Assembly (NCBI GenBank): GCA_965224705.1
Contig: OZ245056.1
Coordinates: forward strand, 1,888,001-1,952,000
Source: Spirochaetaceae bacterium
GTDB taxonomy: Bacteria > Spirochaetota > Spirochaetia > DSM-2461
DNA length: 64,000 bases
Direction of reading: 5' to 3'
Shown here in pieces: positions 29,728-40,127 of the stretch; the first letter of the stretch is position 1; every line of letters begins with the position of its first letter. The notes below the pieces were generated by a model that worked only from the letters and a program-made list of their open reading frames with translations, searched no databases and was not told where the DNA came from. The position numbers and the translations under genes were made by a program.

Positions 29728-31960
29728 GATAATTCTCCTTCTTTAATCGAATGGGTAAAATAACCAATGGTATTAAGTATAAGCTCAGGAAGAACGAAAA
29801 AACAAGTGAAAGCAGCAGCAGGAACCCAAGATTTCTCGCCCCGCTGAATGAGGATATGAATAGTATTGAAAATGACAGAATCGATGTAAGGAAACTCAGA
29901 AAAATCGGTATTCCGCTGAATCCAACAATCCTGTTAAAACCTGTTTCAAGGTTTCCAACCTTTTCCAGATGGTTGAGAGCAACCAGTGTATGAATACTGT
30001 AATCGATAACCAGTCCAGTAATAATCGCCACAAAAATGATTGAAAAAACATCGATGCTGATACCTGCCAGATTGATGAATCCCAGGGAAATAAGCATGCT
30101 TATAAAGCCAGGAGCGAGACTCAACAGGGCCAGATTCCACTTTCTGTAAAATATGAGTACGGTGATGAAAATGAGGATTCCTCCGCCGAGGAAGGAAAAA
30201 AGCCAGTTCTGACGAAGAACCGTATGTTCCCTGTTCAACTGTTGGGCCATCCCGTACAGGCTCAAAGTCCAATTCTCGGGGACATTGCTCCGTATACTCT
30301 CCAGCAGTGTTAAAAAATCGTTGAGATCTTTGTAACTCCGGTAGTAAATCAATCCCCGGATGGAGAAAACTCGATAGGAACTGTCCAGCATTGATTCATA
30401 CTCAACAGGGTCAACACTGGATGAGAAATACAGTAGATACTGCTCGACAAGGGCATCATAAAAGGCATCAAACTCAGTGCTGGTTAAGAAAGATTGTTCA
30501 TCGCCATTGAAGTAGAAATTCATTCTCTTGAGAACCGTTAACAGGGAGTAAGAGAAACCGGCCTTGCTTTCATTCATTGTTTTGTGAATCCGATCCAGTT
30601 CCAGCAATGTATTCTTCTTCAAAATGCCATTTTTCTCGCCCGTATCTATTTCAAGAAAGTATGGAACTGTTCCGTAGAATTTATCATTGATTATCCGGTC
30701 AGATTTCTTGATTGTAATGGATTCTGGAAGTTGTTGAACAGGATAGGGTTCAATCTCCAGTTCATTCAACCCAAGGGAACCCCATATGACGGCCGCAGCT
30801 ATAACGGCGAAATATGCGTGCCGGTATCTGGCAATCCGTGCAAACAGCCTACCTTGAAACCGTATGAAACCTTCCAGTAAGGGCTTCTTCGCAGGTTTGT
30901 ACTGCCCGAAGTCAATCCATAAAAACACCCCTGCCCAGGTAACGATTACCCCGGATGCAATTGTTATTCCCACCTGGAGATGCCCGGAACCATTGATAAG
31001 GCAAAGAGACAGGAATCCTGTCAATGTTGAGAGGGCAGTCAGGCTGAGCGGAAACAGGAGAAGTTTTCCAAGACTTCTCCCTTCACCGGGAACCGGGGAA
31101 TGAAGACGGTGATAGAAGTAATGAATAAGATAATCACTGAACAAGCCCAGACAAAAAATCGGAACGAGCAGGAGGAGAGGACTGTCAGGAATCCCTGTAA
31201 ACCGTACCAATCCATAGGAGAACACCATGGCCATGAGAATGAGAGCAAGGGACGCAAGAAGAACTTTTATGCTCCGAAACAGCGAAAAGATTACGATTAT
31301 CACCACGGCGAGAATTGGGAATAGAAGTTTGATGTCCTTCGTAAGGAGAGACTCGGTTGCGGCAATTATGGGTGATCGACCCGTAAAATCAAAGGGAATG
31401 GAATCCTTCCATTTTTTCTGCACCGCTGTCAAACTTCTGTGTATATCCTGAGGTGTGGATTTGTTGGCAAAGTAAATATAAAAGAGAAAAGTATCCTGAG
31501 CCCTGTTGATGTATGGGGACAATTCCGGAAAATCATCAATCTGGACCGACAGATCCTCCAGATACTCATTTGTAATACTGGAATCATCCAGTGGGATGAC
31601 TCTGGCTACAACGATATCATCGTTTTCAGAAATAACTCGGGACACACTGAGAATGGAATCTACCTTCGAACATCCCGGAAGCAGTGTGAAATCTTCCTGA
31701 AGCGACCGTATCTTAAGAATATCCTCTGCCTTCGTGAATGACAGTCCGGCATCATCCAGATCCAGGGTTACAATGGAAACATTTCGCTGAGGGAGGAGGA
31801 GATGGCCTTCACTTTCCATGTATATCTCTTTATCAACATTGGAGTTAAATGGAGACCATAAATAAAAAAGACAGCCTGGAAGAATAATTGCAAACAGAAA
31901 CAAACTGCGCTTGAGGGAGATAATTCCAGATTGATATGTATTCCATGCACGCTTACTCAT
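29720..31960 (-). CDS. MMPL/RND-family exporter
   Basis: Two TM clusters with GLFSDYLIH and GLVIDYSIH, LTALSTLTGF; start moved to ATG 31960. Confidence 0.85.
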   Translation of the reverse strand: MSKRAWNTYQSGIISLKRSLFLFAIILPGCLFYLWSPFNSNVDKEIYMESEGHLLLPQRNVSIVTLDLDDAGLSFTKAEDILKIRSLQEDFTLLPGCSKVDSILSVSRVISENDDIVVARVIPLDDSSITNEYLEDLSVQIDDFPELSPYINRAQDTFLFYIYFANKSTPQDIHRSLTAVQKKWKDSIPFDFTGRSPIIAATESLLTKDIKLLFPILAVVIIVIFSLFRSIKVLLASLALILMAMVFSYGLVRFTGIPDSPLLLLVPIFCLGLFSDYLIHYFYHRLHSPVPGEGRSLGKLLLFPLSLTALSTLTGFLSLCLINGSGHLQVGITIASGVIVTWAGVFLWIDFGQYKPAKKPLLEGFIRFQGRLFARIARYRHAYFAVIAAAVIWGSLGLNELEIEPYPVQQLPESITIKKSDRIINDKFYGTVPYFLEIDTGEKNGILKKNTLLELDRIHKTMNESKAGFSYSLLTVLKRMNFYFNGDEQSFLTSTEFDAFYDALVEQYLLYFSSSVDPVEYESMLDSSYRVFSIRGLIYYRSYKDLNDFLTLLESIRSNVPENWTLSLYGMAQQLNREHTVLRQNWLFSFLGGGILIFITVLIFYRKWNLALLSLAPGFISMLISLGFINLAGISIDVFSIIFVAIITGLVIDYSIHTLVALNHLEKVGNLETGFNRIVGFSGIPIFLSFLTSILSFSILFISSFSGARNLGFLLLLSLVFSFFLSLYLIPLVILPIRLKKENYHA

Positions 31961-32010
31961 ACTCTTGATCAATCGTGTAGATCTCAGTATATTAGCAATG
32001 AGAGGTCGAT

Positions 32011-32328
32011 ATGTATACAGCCACAATGCTCTATCCAGTGAGCATTGATTCCATGAAGGAATTTGTGAAAATCTGGAATGACAGAGTTCTAAAACTTGCA
32101 ATGAAGCAGCCCGGGTTTATCCGCATGCAATTAATATCCCGCAGGGGAGAAGTTCTGGCGATGGGGACCTGGAAGGATAAGGAATCCGCAGAAAAATTCA
32201 TGGCCATGGGTCCATTCAAGCATCTCATGGATGAGGCAAAACTTCTTCTGACCAGTAATCCGACTCCAACTGTCTGGGAACTGGAATCGTTTTGTGAGAT
32301 TCAGGAAGACTCTGAAAATCAATCCTGA
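32011..32328 (+). CDS. Antibiotic biosynthesis monooxygenase (ABM) domain protein
   Basis: 105 aa; QPGF, W-x-D-x-ESAEKF; GAGG RBS. Confidence 0.75.
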   Translation: MYTATMLYPVSIDSMKEFVKIWNDRVLKLAMKQPGFIRMQLISRRGEVLAMGTWKDKESAEKFMAMGPFKHLMDEAKLLLTSNPTPTVWELESFCEIQEDSENQS

Positions 32329-32565
32329 TTCGCCCGCCTCTCCGCAGGAAAGTACATGCAGATCCCTGTTGTCTTACACTGGAAAATCTTCCCAGAATAC
32401 TGAAAAAAGTTTCAGATAGAAAATCTGTCAGACTGGACATCATTTCAATTGGCGGCTAACCTTTTTTGGGATGGTTAACTGTCAGTCGGCAGGTCAGAAA
32501 ACTCAATTCTCAATACCCTCAGAGAATCATCACAACCAATAACCGGGAATATCTCAGGAGTGTAT

Positions 32566-33129
32566 ATGAAAGATACGACAGTTCGATCCGTTGTTATGGT
32601 TTCCGTTTTCACGGCTCTCATCATAGTTGGTGCCATCTTCAGTTTCCCGGCTCCCTGGAATCCTGCTGTACCGCTCACCCTTGCCACCCTGTTTGTAATT
32701 CTATCCGGTATGATTCTGGGTCCATGGCTCGGTGCGGCTTCAACAGGTCTCTACCTCTTTCTGGGCATCGTGGGACTGCCGGTATTTGCTGGAGGAACAG
32801 GTGGAGCCCAGATCATAGCAGGGCCCACCGGTGGATTTCTTTTTGGTTATGTCCTTGCCGCTGCTGCAGCCGGCATGATTGTGCGTATAAATAAGTCCCT
32901 GCCTGTTCTGATCATTGCGGCCCTGGCGGGCACTGTTTCCATTTACCTCCCTGGATTCCCCTGGATGCATTGGCGTCTTATAGGTATGGTTGAAGATTGG
33001 TCCTGGGTTTCCAGCTGGACAAAATACACCCTGCCCTTTCTTGCCGGTGATGGAGTAAAAGCTATTGCCGCCGTGGCTGTTACCCATTTACTCAGGGATA
33101 GAATCCATACCCGAACAGAGAATGGGTGA
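32566..33129 (+). CDS. bioY: Biotin transporter S component
   Basis: VPLTL, YLFLGIVGLPVFAG, GPTGGFLFG, PFLAGD..K. Confidence 0.93.
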   Translation: MKDTTVRSVVMVSVFTALIIVGAIFSFPAPWNPAVPLTLATLFVILSGMILGPWLGAASTGLYLFLGIVGLPVFAGGTGGAQIIAGPTGGFLFGYVLAAAAAGMIVRINKSLPVLIIAALAGTVSIYLPGFPWMHWRLIGMVEDWSWVSSWTKYTLPFLAGDGVKAIAAVAVTHLLRDRIHTRTENG

Positions 33130-33874
33130 CACTTCTCTTCTCCAGATACGAAATCTCTCCCATCGTTTTTCAAACGGATTTCTGGGATTGAACAACGTGT
33201 CCATGGATATTGATCACGGCGATTTCATGGTTCTGGCCGGGCCGAATGGCAGCGGTAAAACTGTATTGATGCGCCATTTAAATGGCCTGGCCCTTCCCAC
33301 TTCCGGTGAAGTATTGTTTGAGAAAGTACCTGTTTCTGCTGACCTCAGACGCGCCCGGAGGAGCATTGGACTTGTTTTTCAGGATGCTGACGCCCAGATT
33401 GTGGGTCAAACTGTAGGCAGGGATACAGCTTTCGGACCTGAGAATCTTAAAATGGATAGAAATGAAATATCCAGACGGGTTGAGAAATCCCTTGAAGCCA
33501 CAGGTCTTGCCGGTTTCAATGACAGGCGGCCCCATACCCTCTCCGGAGGCGAAAAGAGGAGGTTGGCGGTGTCTGGAGTCCTTGCCATGCGTCCGCAGAT
33601 TCTGGTCCTTGATGAACCCTTCACCGGACTCGACTGGGATGGCAGTGCCCGCCTTATTGAAGTTCTCACAAGCCTCCATGCTGACGGAACGGCCATCCTT
33701 GTTATTACCCACGATCTTGAAAAGATTCTTGCTCATGCAAACCGTCTGGTTCTGATGAACCTTGGCCGTATCCATGCCGACAGCCATCCTCTGGATTCGA
33801 TAGACAGAGTGGAAGATCTTGGAATTCGAAGACCACGCTGCAAGATTTCTGAAATGACCTGGAAGTACAGATGA
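33122..33874 (+). CDS. ECF transporter ATPase (BioM-like)
   Basis: GPNGSGKT, VFQDAD, LSGGEKRR, LDEPF. Confidence 0.9.
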   Translation: MGDTSLLQIRNLSHRFSNGFLGLNNVSMDIDHGDFMVLAGPNGSGKTVLMRHLNGLALPTSGEVLFEKVPVSADLRRARRSIGLVFQDADAQIVGQTVGRDTAFGPENLKMDRNEISRRVEKSLEATGLAGFNDRRPHTLSGGEKRRLAVSGVLAMRPQILVLDEPFTGLDWDGSARLIEVLTSLHADGTAILVITHDLEKILAHANRLVLMNLGRIHADSHPLDSIDRVEDLGIRRPRCKISEMTWKYR

Positions 33875-34629
33875 GGGAGATAGATTTTCTCCACTACATT
33901 CCGGGAAACAGCCTGTGGCATAAACACGATCCCCGCTTCAAACTCATGGAGTTGATATTCTGGACTGTCTCCGCCCTGATGGGCTCCATTCCCACTCTGA
34001 TTATGACGGGCATGATTCTCACACTGCTCCACGGGCTGGCTGGAAGCAGAATCAGGAAATTTAGGAAACCCCTGTTTTTCTGGCTGATCATGTCCCTGGC
34101 AATACTGGCTGCTGGCGGTCTTGCCGAACCACAGCCGCCTTTTATTGTTTTTGACTGGCCGACTCCATTCGGCATACCCGGTTTGCTGACCGGAGGACTT
34201 CGCAGCCTGCGGCTTCTGGTTGTATTGATGGCAGGCCAGCTATTGGCATCGACGACAGATCCTGCGGATTTAGCTGATGCCGTTCGCCGAAGTTTTTTTT
34301 TCCTTCCCAGAAGCTGGTCAGGTGTTCTGGCCACAGCTATTACACTTACCCTGACCAGTATTCCCCGGCTGCTGAGTTCAGCCGCCATGATTCAAGATGC
34401 GGCATTCAGCCGGGGGCTTGGCGAGCGAAAATCCATCTTCCGCAGGGCACTCTCCCTCAGCCTTCCTCTCACCACAGAAACTCTCCACCGGGCAGATCTG
34501 ATAACAGAAGCTCTGCTCGCCCGATGCTTCACCTCCAATCCAACACCGGCAATTCTTCATGTGAAACCTGGAGACTGGCTGCTGAGCAGTATGAGCATTC
34601 TTCCTGTTCTCGCATCCCTGCTCTATTGA
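33871..34629 (+). CDS. ECF transporter T component (BioN/CbiQ-like)
   Basis: HKHDPRFK, TTDP, SRG and ARC motifs. Confidence 0.85.
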   Translation: MREIDFLHYIPGNSLWHKHDPRFKLMELIFWTVSALMGSIPTLIMTGMILTLLHGLAGSRIRKFRKPLFFWLIMSLAILAAGGLAEPQPPFIVFDWPTPFGIPGLLTGGLRSLRLLVVLMAGQLLASTTDPADLADAVRRSFFFLPRSWSGVLATAITLTLTSIPRLLSSAAMIQDAAFSRGLGERKSIFRRALSLSLPLTTETLHRADLITEALLARCFTSNPTPAILHVKPGDWLLSSMSILPVLASLLY

Positions 34630-35687
34630 ACACTGACTTCAAAGACACTGATTGAATGATCTCCAATAAGGAAAATTCGGTTTCCCCTGGCTGTAATGGA
34701 TCTAATGCTTTCAGGCAGGCTGGCTTCAAAAACTGACCGTTCACTGTATGTCAGGATATTCAGCTTCGGCTTTGATGGCCCGGACCTCAATATGGCCAGA
34801 GTATCCGTTTCATCTACTAATGCCCATGCGGCCAGAGTCCCTGGGAGTTCCAACTGCCGATAATCACTGCCATCAGCTTCTACAATCGTGATTGTACCGC
34901 TGGATTCATATACAGCCTGTGAGCTGTCATTGATAAACTGGACCAGCACATTGCGCCGAAAATCCGTGTTTGTATCATGGGAAGTAACCAGATGAAATTC
35001 CTTTTTCTGCTCCGCAAGTAGAATGAACTGCTGTGGATCCAGACCGGAAATCAGGGCAATTTTTGTACCGTCTTCAGACAGAGCACCGCCATATATGGCT
35101 TCAACGCGGCTGCCCCCTGGTCTGAAATCAAGAAGAATTTCACCTGTATCATGGATGAGAACACAATGTCCATCCAATAATCCAATGAGAGTTCTGGCGG
35201 CATGAGCATCAAGAAAAGTAATTTCCGAAATGAACTCACGCTGCCACAGAATTTCACCACTGACAGGATTGACCTTCCATACAATTCCCTTGAAGCTGTT
35301 TATAAGAAATAACAGGCCATTTATTGTATACGGCAATGCAGGAGTCTGCATTTTGAACCGCAGGCGTCCATCAGGTTCCCGAATCTCAACAGTGGAGTCT
35401 TGTTCAACCGCCCACCAGTGATTATCAACAGCAATCGATTCTCCTTCCAGATAATGAACCGGATTCCCCTTCTCATCAAAATACATTGCCCTCTGGCCAA
35501 ATTGAATGCCTGTTTCAGGATGTCCGCCGCTGAGAACAACGGAACTGCTGTTATTATCAAAAACACCCACGGGATGGATGATCATTTCCTGACTGGAAAT
35601 CCGGGGAAACAGAAAAAAGTATCCGGTGAAGACCAATATACTTATAAAAAATATACCCAATTGATTATTGTGCTGCATGAGGTCCAA
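34623..35687 (-). CDS. Hypothetical beta-propeller (PQQ-binding-like) membrane-anchored protein
   Basis: N-terminal TM; SGEILWQ, PGGSRVEAIYG; repeated beta-blade patterns. Confidence 0.6.
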   Translation of the reverse strand: MDLMQHNNQLGIFFISILVFTGYFFLFPRISSQEMIIHPVGVFDNNSSSVVLSGGHPETGIQFGQRAMYFDEKGNPVHYLEGESIAVDNHWWAVEQDSTVEIREPDGRLRFKMQTPALPYTINGLLFLINSFKGIVWKVNPVSGEILWQREFISEITFLDAHAARTLIGLLDGHCVLIHDTGEILLDFRPGGSRVEAIYGGALSEDGTKIALISGLDPQQFILLAEQKKEFHLVTSHDTNTDFRRNVLVQFINDSSQAVYESSGTITIVEADGSDYRQLELPGTLAAWALVDETDTLAILRSGPSKPKLNILTYSERSVFEASLPESIRSITARGNRIFLIGDHSISVFEVSVQ

Positions 35688-35739
35688 ACGGCTATTTATC
35701 AGAAAGAATGATACCGGCCGACAGACCGTCCATCATTCA

Positions 35740-35821
35740 ATCGCCATCTTCGGTACCTCCGCCGATAAAGAGAGACATGCTCGGTATGATGCCCGGCATC
35801 ATAACCATTAATACGCTTCAT
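35740..35821 (-). pseudogene. Decayed 5' remnant of a secreted/solute-binding protein gene
   Basis: GAGGAGG RBS + ATG AAG CGT ATT, then a frameshifted MVMMPGIIPSMSLFIGGGTED that resembles spirochaete signal peptides. Confidence 0.35.
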
Positions 35822-35850
35822 TGAAGCCTCCTCTTTAACAAAAAACTAAT

Positions 35851-36002
35851 GGGCACCTCTAAAAAACACTCATTCCGTTTCTGGCTTGATCCTTACCACT
35901 GCGCTGCCAGAATGCTCACGCAGCTACGCTCCGCTTCTGCCGCCTTGTATCAGTGAGAAATCTCTGTGTCAGATTCCGAAAGAGGGTTTTTTAGAGGCGC
36001 CT
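35851..36002. mobile_element. MITE family A (152 bp)
   Basis: TIRs GGGCACCTCTAAAAAA / TTTTTTAGAGGCGCCT; TAAT on both flanks (4-bp TSD); homologous to 54710-55545. Confidence 0.85.
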
Positions 36003-36211
36003 TAATGAATCATTATTTTGAAATCTGTCTACATTATCAATAGATTGAATTCCCCTACATTGAAAAACGGCAGAAGGCTGGAAGTAGATTCCAGTTCTTG
36101 AGGCAATCAGTACCCAGAAGTTCAACCCTGTGTCAGATTTTAAACGATACGACTACAATGATCAGCCGATTCCATGGCCTTCAGCTTGTCAAAAAACCGG
36201 TGTTGAATACA

Positions 36212-36871
36212 ATGGATCGAATCATGAATCAACAACCGGGTAAACAAGCTTCCCTGAACCAGATACTGGACCGCCTGCATACCGAGTTTCCCGATCGAAA
36301 ACCATTACTCAGTTATAAAAATGCCTTTCAGCTGCTTATCGCTGTGGCCCTGTCGGCTCAAACCACCGATGCGGCTGTTGAAAAAGTAACCCCGGAGCTA
36401 TTTGCTCAATGGCCTACCCCGGCCAGCCTTGCCAATGCCGACAGGGAAAAACTGGAAGACACGATCCATTCCCTTGGTTTCTACCGCCAGAAGGCGAAAA
36501 ATCTCATGGCAGCCGCAAGACTTCTGGTCGACAAATATAACTCGGAAGTCCCGAAAGAGATGGAAGAACTCACCGAACTCCCCGGCATAGGCCGGAAGAG
36601 TGCCAACGTTATTCGCTGCCATATATGGAATCTTCCGGGTATCATTGTGGACACGCATTTCGGGCGAGTCTGCCGCCGACTTGGTTTGACCCGGCATACT
36701 GACCCCATGAAGGTGGAACGGGAACTCTCCAGTATCATTCCTGTTGAAAGGCAAATGGAGTTCTCCATGACAGCCAATTATCATGGACGGAAATACTGCA
36801 TGTCCCGTAAACCGGACTGCACAGCCTGTCCGCTCAATGATCTTTGTGAGTTCAGGCAACCGGACGCTTAA
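36212..36871 (+). CDS. nth: Endonuclease III
   Basis: LSAQTTD, LPGIGRKSAN HhH, VDTH, C-x6-C-x2-C-x5-C. Confidence 0.95.
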   Translation: MDRIMNQQPGKQASLNQILDRLHTEFPDRKPLLSYKNAFQLLIAVALSAQTTDAAVEKVTPELFAQWPTPASLANADREKLEDTIHSLGFYRQKAKNLMAAARLLVDKYNSEVPKEMEELTELPGIGRKSANVIRCHIWNLPGIIVDTHFGRVCRRLGLTRHTDPMKVERELSSIIPVERQMEFSMTANYHGRKYCMSRKPDCTACPLNDLCEFRQPDA

Positions 36872-37623
36872 TCAGCCCCATGCAGCAGGATAACAGGCAC
36901 ATTTCTTTCATCGATCCAGACCTCAGCGACAGTTCCGTCAGATGGCCGTATGAACTGGTGCAAACCATGTACCATGGATCCGCTCCATCCTGAATCATCG
37001 GCAATGAGGGGGAGATCGGGAGGATAGGAGGAATACCAGATTCCCGCTGGCAGGGGAAGGCCGATGTCCATGGATGCCTGTTGTGTCATACTATACACCC
37101 AGAGAGAGTCGTCTCGAATATCCTCGGCCAGTTTTCGCCTGTCAAGTTTCCATGGTTGGGCATGGCTTCTTGCTGATACCGTGTCTCTGAAACGGTCAAT
37201 GTTGAGCCTTCGAATATCCACTCCGCCCTGAGCAAGTTCCAGCAGGAACTCCGCTGCAAAGCCATCCAGCCAATTCAGCTCAATTGCTTCATGGACATGG
37301 GCCGTTCCCTGCACGAAACCTGCCGGTTTGCAGTGCCAGAACTGGAAAATACCAGAAAAATGCGGCCATGCAGCCACAATGAGGGGGATTTCCCGGGGGA
37401 TGGAGAGTGATAATTCTCCACTCCCACTCACCTGTGAACTCTTTACTTCACCGGATTCGGCAAGCCAGTGAATTGTCCACGAAGCCTGTTCTGGTATTTC
37501 TGATGCAGCAGGAAACTCCTCGGGCCATTTAACCGGAATATCATCGCTGGCGGAGAACAGGGAACAGGAGGAAAACAGAATGGAAAACACCCCGGCGATT
37601 GATGATACCTGCTTCAATGTCAT
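36868..37623 (-). CDS. Hypothetical lipoprotein
   Basis: MTLKQVSSIAGVFSILFSSC lipobox from ATG 37623. Confidence 0.65.
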   Translation of the reverse strand: MTLKQVSSIAGVFSILFSSCSLFSASDDIPVKWPEEFPAASEIPEQASWTIHWLAESGEVKSSQVSGSGELSLSIPREIPLIVAAWPHFSGIFQFWHCKPAGFVQGTAHVHEAIELNWLDGFAAEFLLELAQGGVDIRRLNIDRFRDTVSARSHAQPWKLDRRKLAEDIRDDSLWVYSMTQQASMDIGLPLPAGIWYSSYPPDLPLIADDSGWSGSMVHGLHQFIRPSDGTVAEVWIDERNVPVILLHGAD

Positions 37624-37757
37624 ACTGTTTATAACTGTTCCAGAAAGCAGAATAATTGAGAGATCCGATAGTTTTTCATCAGAAGATTTCAGGAGCCCTT
37701 TATTCAGACTTGACCCCGCCTCCAGATCTCCGTAATCATCAATGGATGATAAAGACC

Positions 37758-39041
37758 ATGAACGGCCGACAGCCTGGACAGAATCCCCCCATTGTATCCG
37801 GCAGAATAACAATACCGGCATCGAAATCGCATACAATCAGAGCACTGCTGATTGCTGCATTTGCAGAAGGAGAAAGCCGCCTGCAAAAACCATTGCACTG
37901 CAATGATACATTGAGCTGCCGTGAGGCCATTGAAGCCCTGGGTGCAGAAGTCAGAGATGAGGGAGAAGACTGGTTTGTCCGGGGCTTCGGAAGCAGGCCG
38001 AACGCTGTCCGTTCTCACATAGATGTCGGGAACTCAGGCACGACACTCTACCTGACAGCGGCTCTGGCAGCCCTGTCGGAAAACAGAATCAGTTTTGATG
38101 GGGATCATCAGATCCGCAGGCGTTCAGCCGCACCCCTTCTGGATGCCTTGAAGAATCTGGGGGCCTGTGTTGACTCGGAACAGGCAGGCTGTACCCCATT
38201 TTCAGTTAAGGGTCCCCTATCGCCCGGCAAGACAGAAGTTGATTGTCCTGTCAGTCAATACCTGTCCGGTCTTCTTCTGGCGGTTCCCCTGATTCAGGCT
38301 CCTGGTGGCAATGAGTCGACTCACATCAAGGTCAGCAGTCTTAACGAAGCTCCCTATGTGGACATAACACTGGATTGGCTTGACTTCCAGGGGATTGAGT
38401 ATAAGAGACAGGATTGGGCATGGTTTCAGATACCGGCAGGTCAGCAGTATCGAAGTTTTGACAGAATGATTCCTGGAGACTGGTCGTCGGCGACATTTTT
38501 TCTTGCCGCTGCGGCGATCAGCGGCGGGACACTCATCCTGGACGGCGTTGATGTCCATGACTCTCAGGGAGACAGGGCTGTTCTGGATATGCTGAAATCG
38601 ATGGGATGTGAATGGGAAGAAGTTCCAGGTGGTGTGATGCTGAAAGGTCAACCCCTGACGGGATGTACGATTGATTTGAACTCGACTCCGGATGCCCTGC
38701 CGGCCATGGCCGTTACAGCCTCCTTCGCTCAGGGGGAAACCCGGCTGATCAATGTTCCCCAGGCTCGTGTGAAGGAAACCGACCGCATTGCCATTATGGC
38801 CGCCGAACTCCGTAAACTTGGTGTCACTGTAGAAGAACTTGCCGATGGGATGGTTATTCAAGGGACTCGAAATCCATCCTTTCCATCCTGTGTGTTAAAT
38901 GGGCATGGGGATCACAGAGTTGTCATGGCTCTGGCCCTGGCATCTTCTGGATGTGTTGGAAATCTATCGATTGAAGAGGCAGAAGCGGTGAATGCTACTT
39001 TCCCGGATTTTTTCAGCCTGATGGAACAGGCACTGAAGTAG
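37758..39041 (+). CDS. aroA: EPSP synthase
   Basis: PASKSHTIR, GNSGTT, SQYLSG, GDWSSA, RVKETDR, DHRVVM, TFPDF. Confidence 0.96.
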   Translation: MNGRQPGQNPPIVSGRITIPASKSHTIRALLIAAFAEGESRLQKPLHCNDTLSCREAIEALGAEVRDEGEDWFVRGFGSRPNAVRSHIDVGNSGTTLYLTAALAALSENRISFDGDHQIRRRSAAPLLDALKNLGACVDSEQAGCTPFSVKGPLSPGKTEVDCPVSQYLSGLLLAVPLIQAPGGNESTHIKVSSLNEAPYVDITLDWLDFQGIEYKRQDWAWFQIPAGQQYRSFDRMIPGDWSSATFFLAAAAISGGTLILDGVDVHDSQGDRAVLDMLKSMGCEWEEVPGGVMLKGQPLTGCTIDLNSTPDALPAMAVTASFAQGETRLINVPQARVKETDRIAIMAAELRKLGVTVEELADGMVIQGTRNPSFPSCVLNGHGDHRVVMALALASSGCVGNLSIEEAEAVNATFPDFFSLMEQALK

Positions 39042-39045
39042 TATT

Positions 39046-39858
39046 ATGCGGAAGTGCATTGCGTTGCTCATGCTGCTGGCAGGAATAATGCTCAGTGCTC
39101 AGGAGACTCTCATGGATGTACTCCCCTCCCTGGCCGATGCGGATATAAGGACATTGCTGGAGAAGGAACAGCTGCTTCGTTTCCATGGAGAGGGGGTCTC
39201 TCCCAACCTGCTTCCGGATACTCAGATCTCGGCCAATATTGCAAGGCAACTGAGTGGAGGCGATCTGAACCTGGGAATAGAGGGACTTTTTTACATAAAA
39301 TCGGATGCGATGCCCTCCGGGTATACATCCCTGCCCCGGGAAGAAAGAACTCTGAGACTGTACAATATACTGCGGTCAGTCAGCACACTGACCGGTTTGG
39401 AGTACTACTCTGCATCGCGGAAAAAGATGCGTCTGCTCTTTGAGGAATCCTGGGTGATTCCCCGGTTAACGTCTCCCCGAACCTCCCTTCCCGATCCCCT
39501 GGTTCGAACTGTTCCTGCACAGGAGAGCATCTTCATTCACCAGAAGGACAGGAGCTTTGCAACACATGAATCCATCATCACCTACCTGGCTCATGAGGGA
39601 GTACTCTCGGCCGCCATCATTAATCAAACGCCTCTGAGATACAAAGGACTTATCCGGGTTGTGAACCCGGGGAATATGCAAACCCACCTCATAGTTATTC
39701 CCGTTGAAGAGGGCTTGCTCATGTATGGGACTATTTCAGCAAAGACAAAGGATGTGAAGCTGTTTCTCAGCAGGGCGGAAGCCTCGTTCACAAACAGGGT
39801 TATCGCTCTGACCGGTTGGTACAGAACACGCTTGCAGGAAGAATTCAGCGAGCAATAG
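39046..39858 (+). CDS. Conserved secreted spirochaete protein (DUF6675-like)
   Basis: Signal peptide; LRSVSTLTGLEYYSASR, SFTNRVIAL..W. Confidence 0.65.
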   Translation: MRKCIALLMLLAGIMLSAQETLMDVLPSLADADIRTLLEKEQLLRFHGEGVSPNLLPDTQISANIARQLSGGDLNLGIEGLFYIKSDAMPSGYTSLPREERTLRLYNILRSVSTLTGLEYYSASRKKMRLLFEESWVIPRLTSPRTSLPDPLVRTVPAQESIFIHQKDRSFATHESIITYLAHEGVLSAAIINQTPLRYKGLIRVVNPGNMQTHLIVIPVEEGLLMYGTISAKTKDVKLFLSRAEASFTNRVIALTGWYRTRLQEEFSEQ

Positions 39859-40127
39859 TGTGCTGCACCAGGAATTGACTGTTTGCTCCTCAGGCTGTTT
39901 TTCAATTGAATCTTCTCCCACTTCTTGCCGTAATATTGAAACCTTTCGGAGTGTCAGAAAGCTTGTAGAGGTCTAATCCTATTTTATCCCGGTCAGGTGA
40001 AGATTCTTGATCAGAATAGTGGTTTTATACTATTTCTACTGGAATTTGAGAAGTTAGAGTTTTATATAATTCGGATCCATACCGAGATGGAAGCTTGTAA
40101 TTGTTTTTCTATATGGTATTATCTGCA

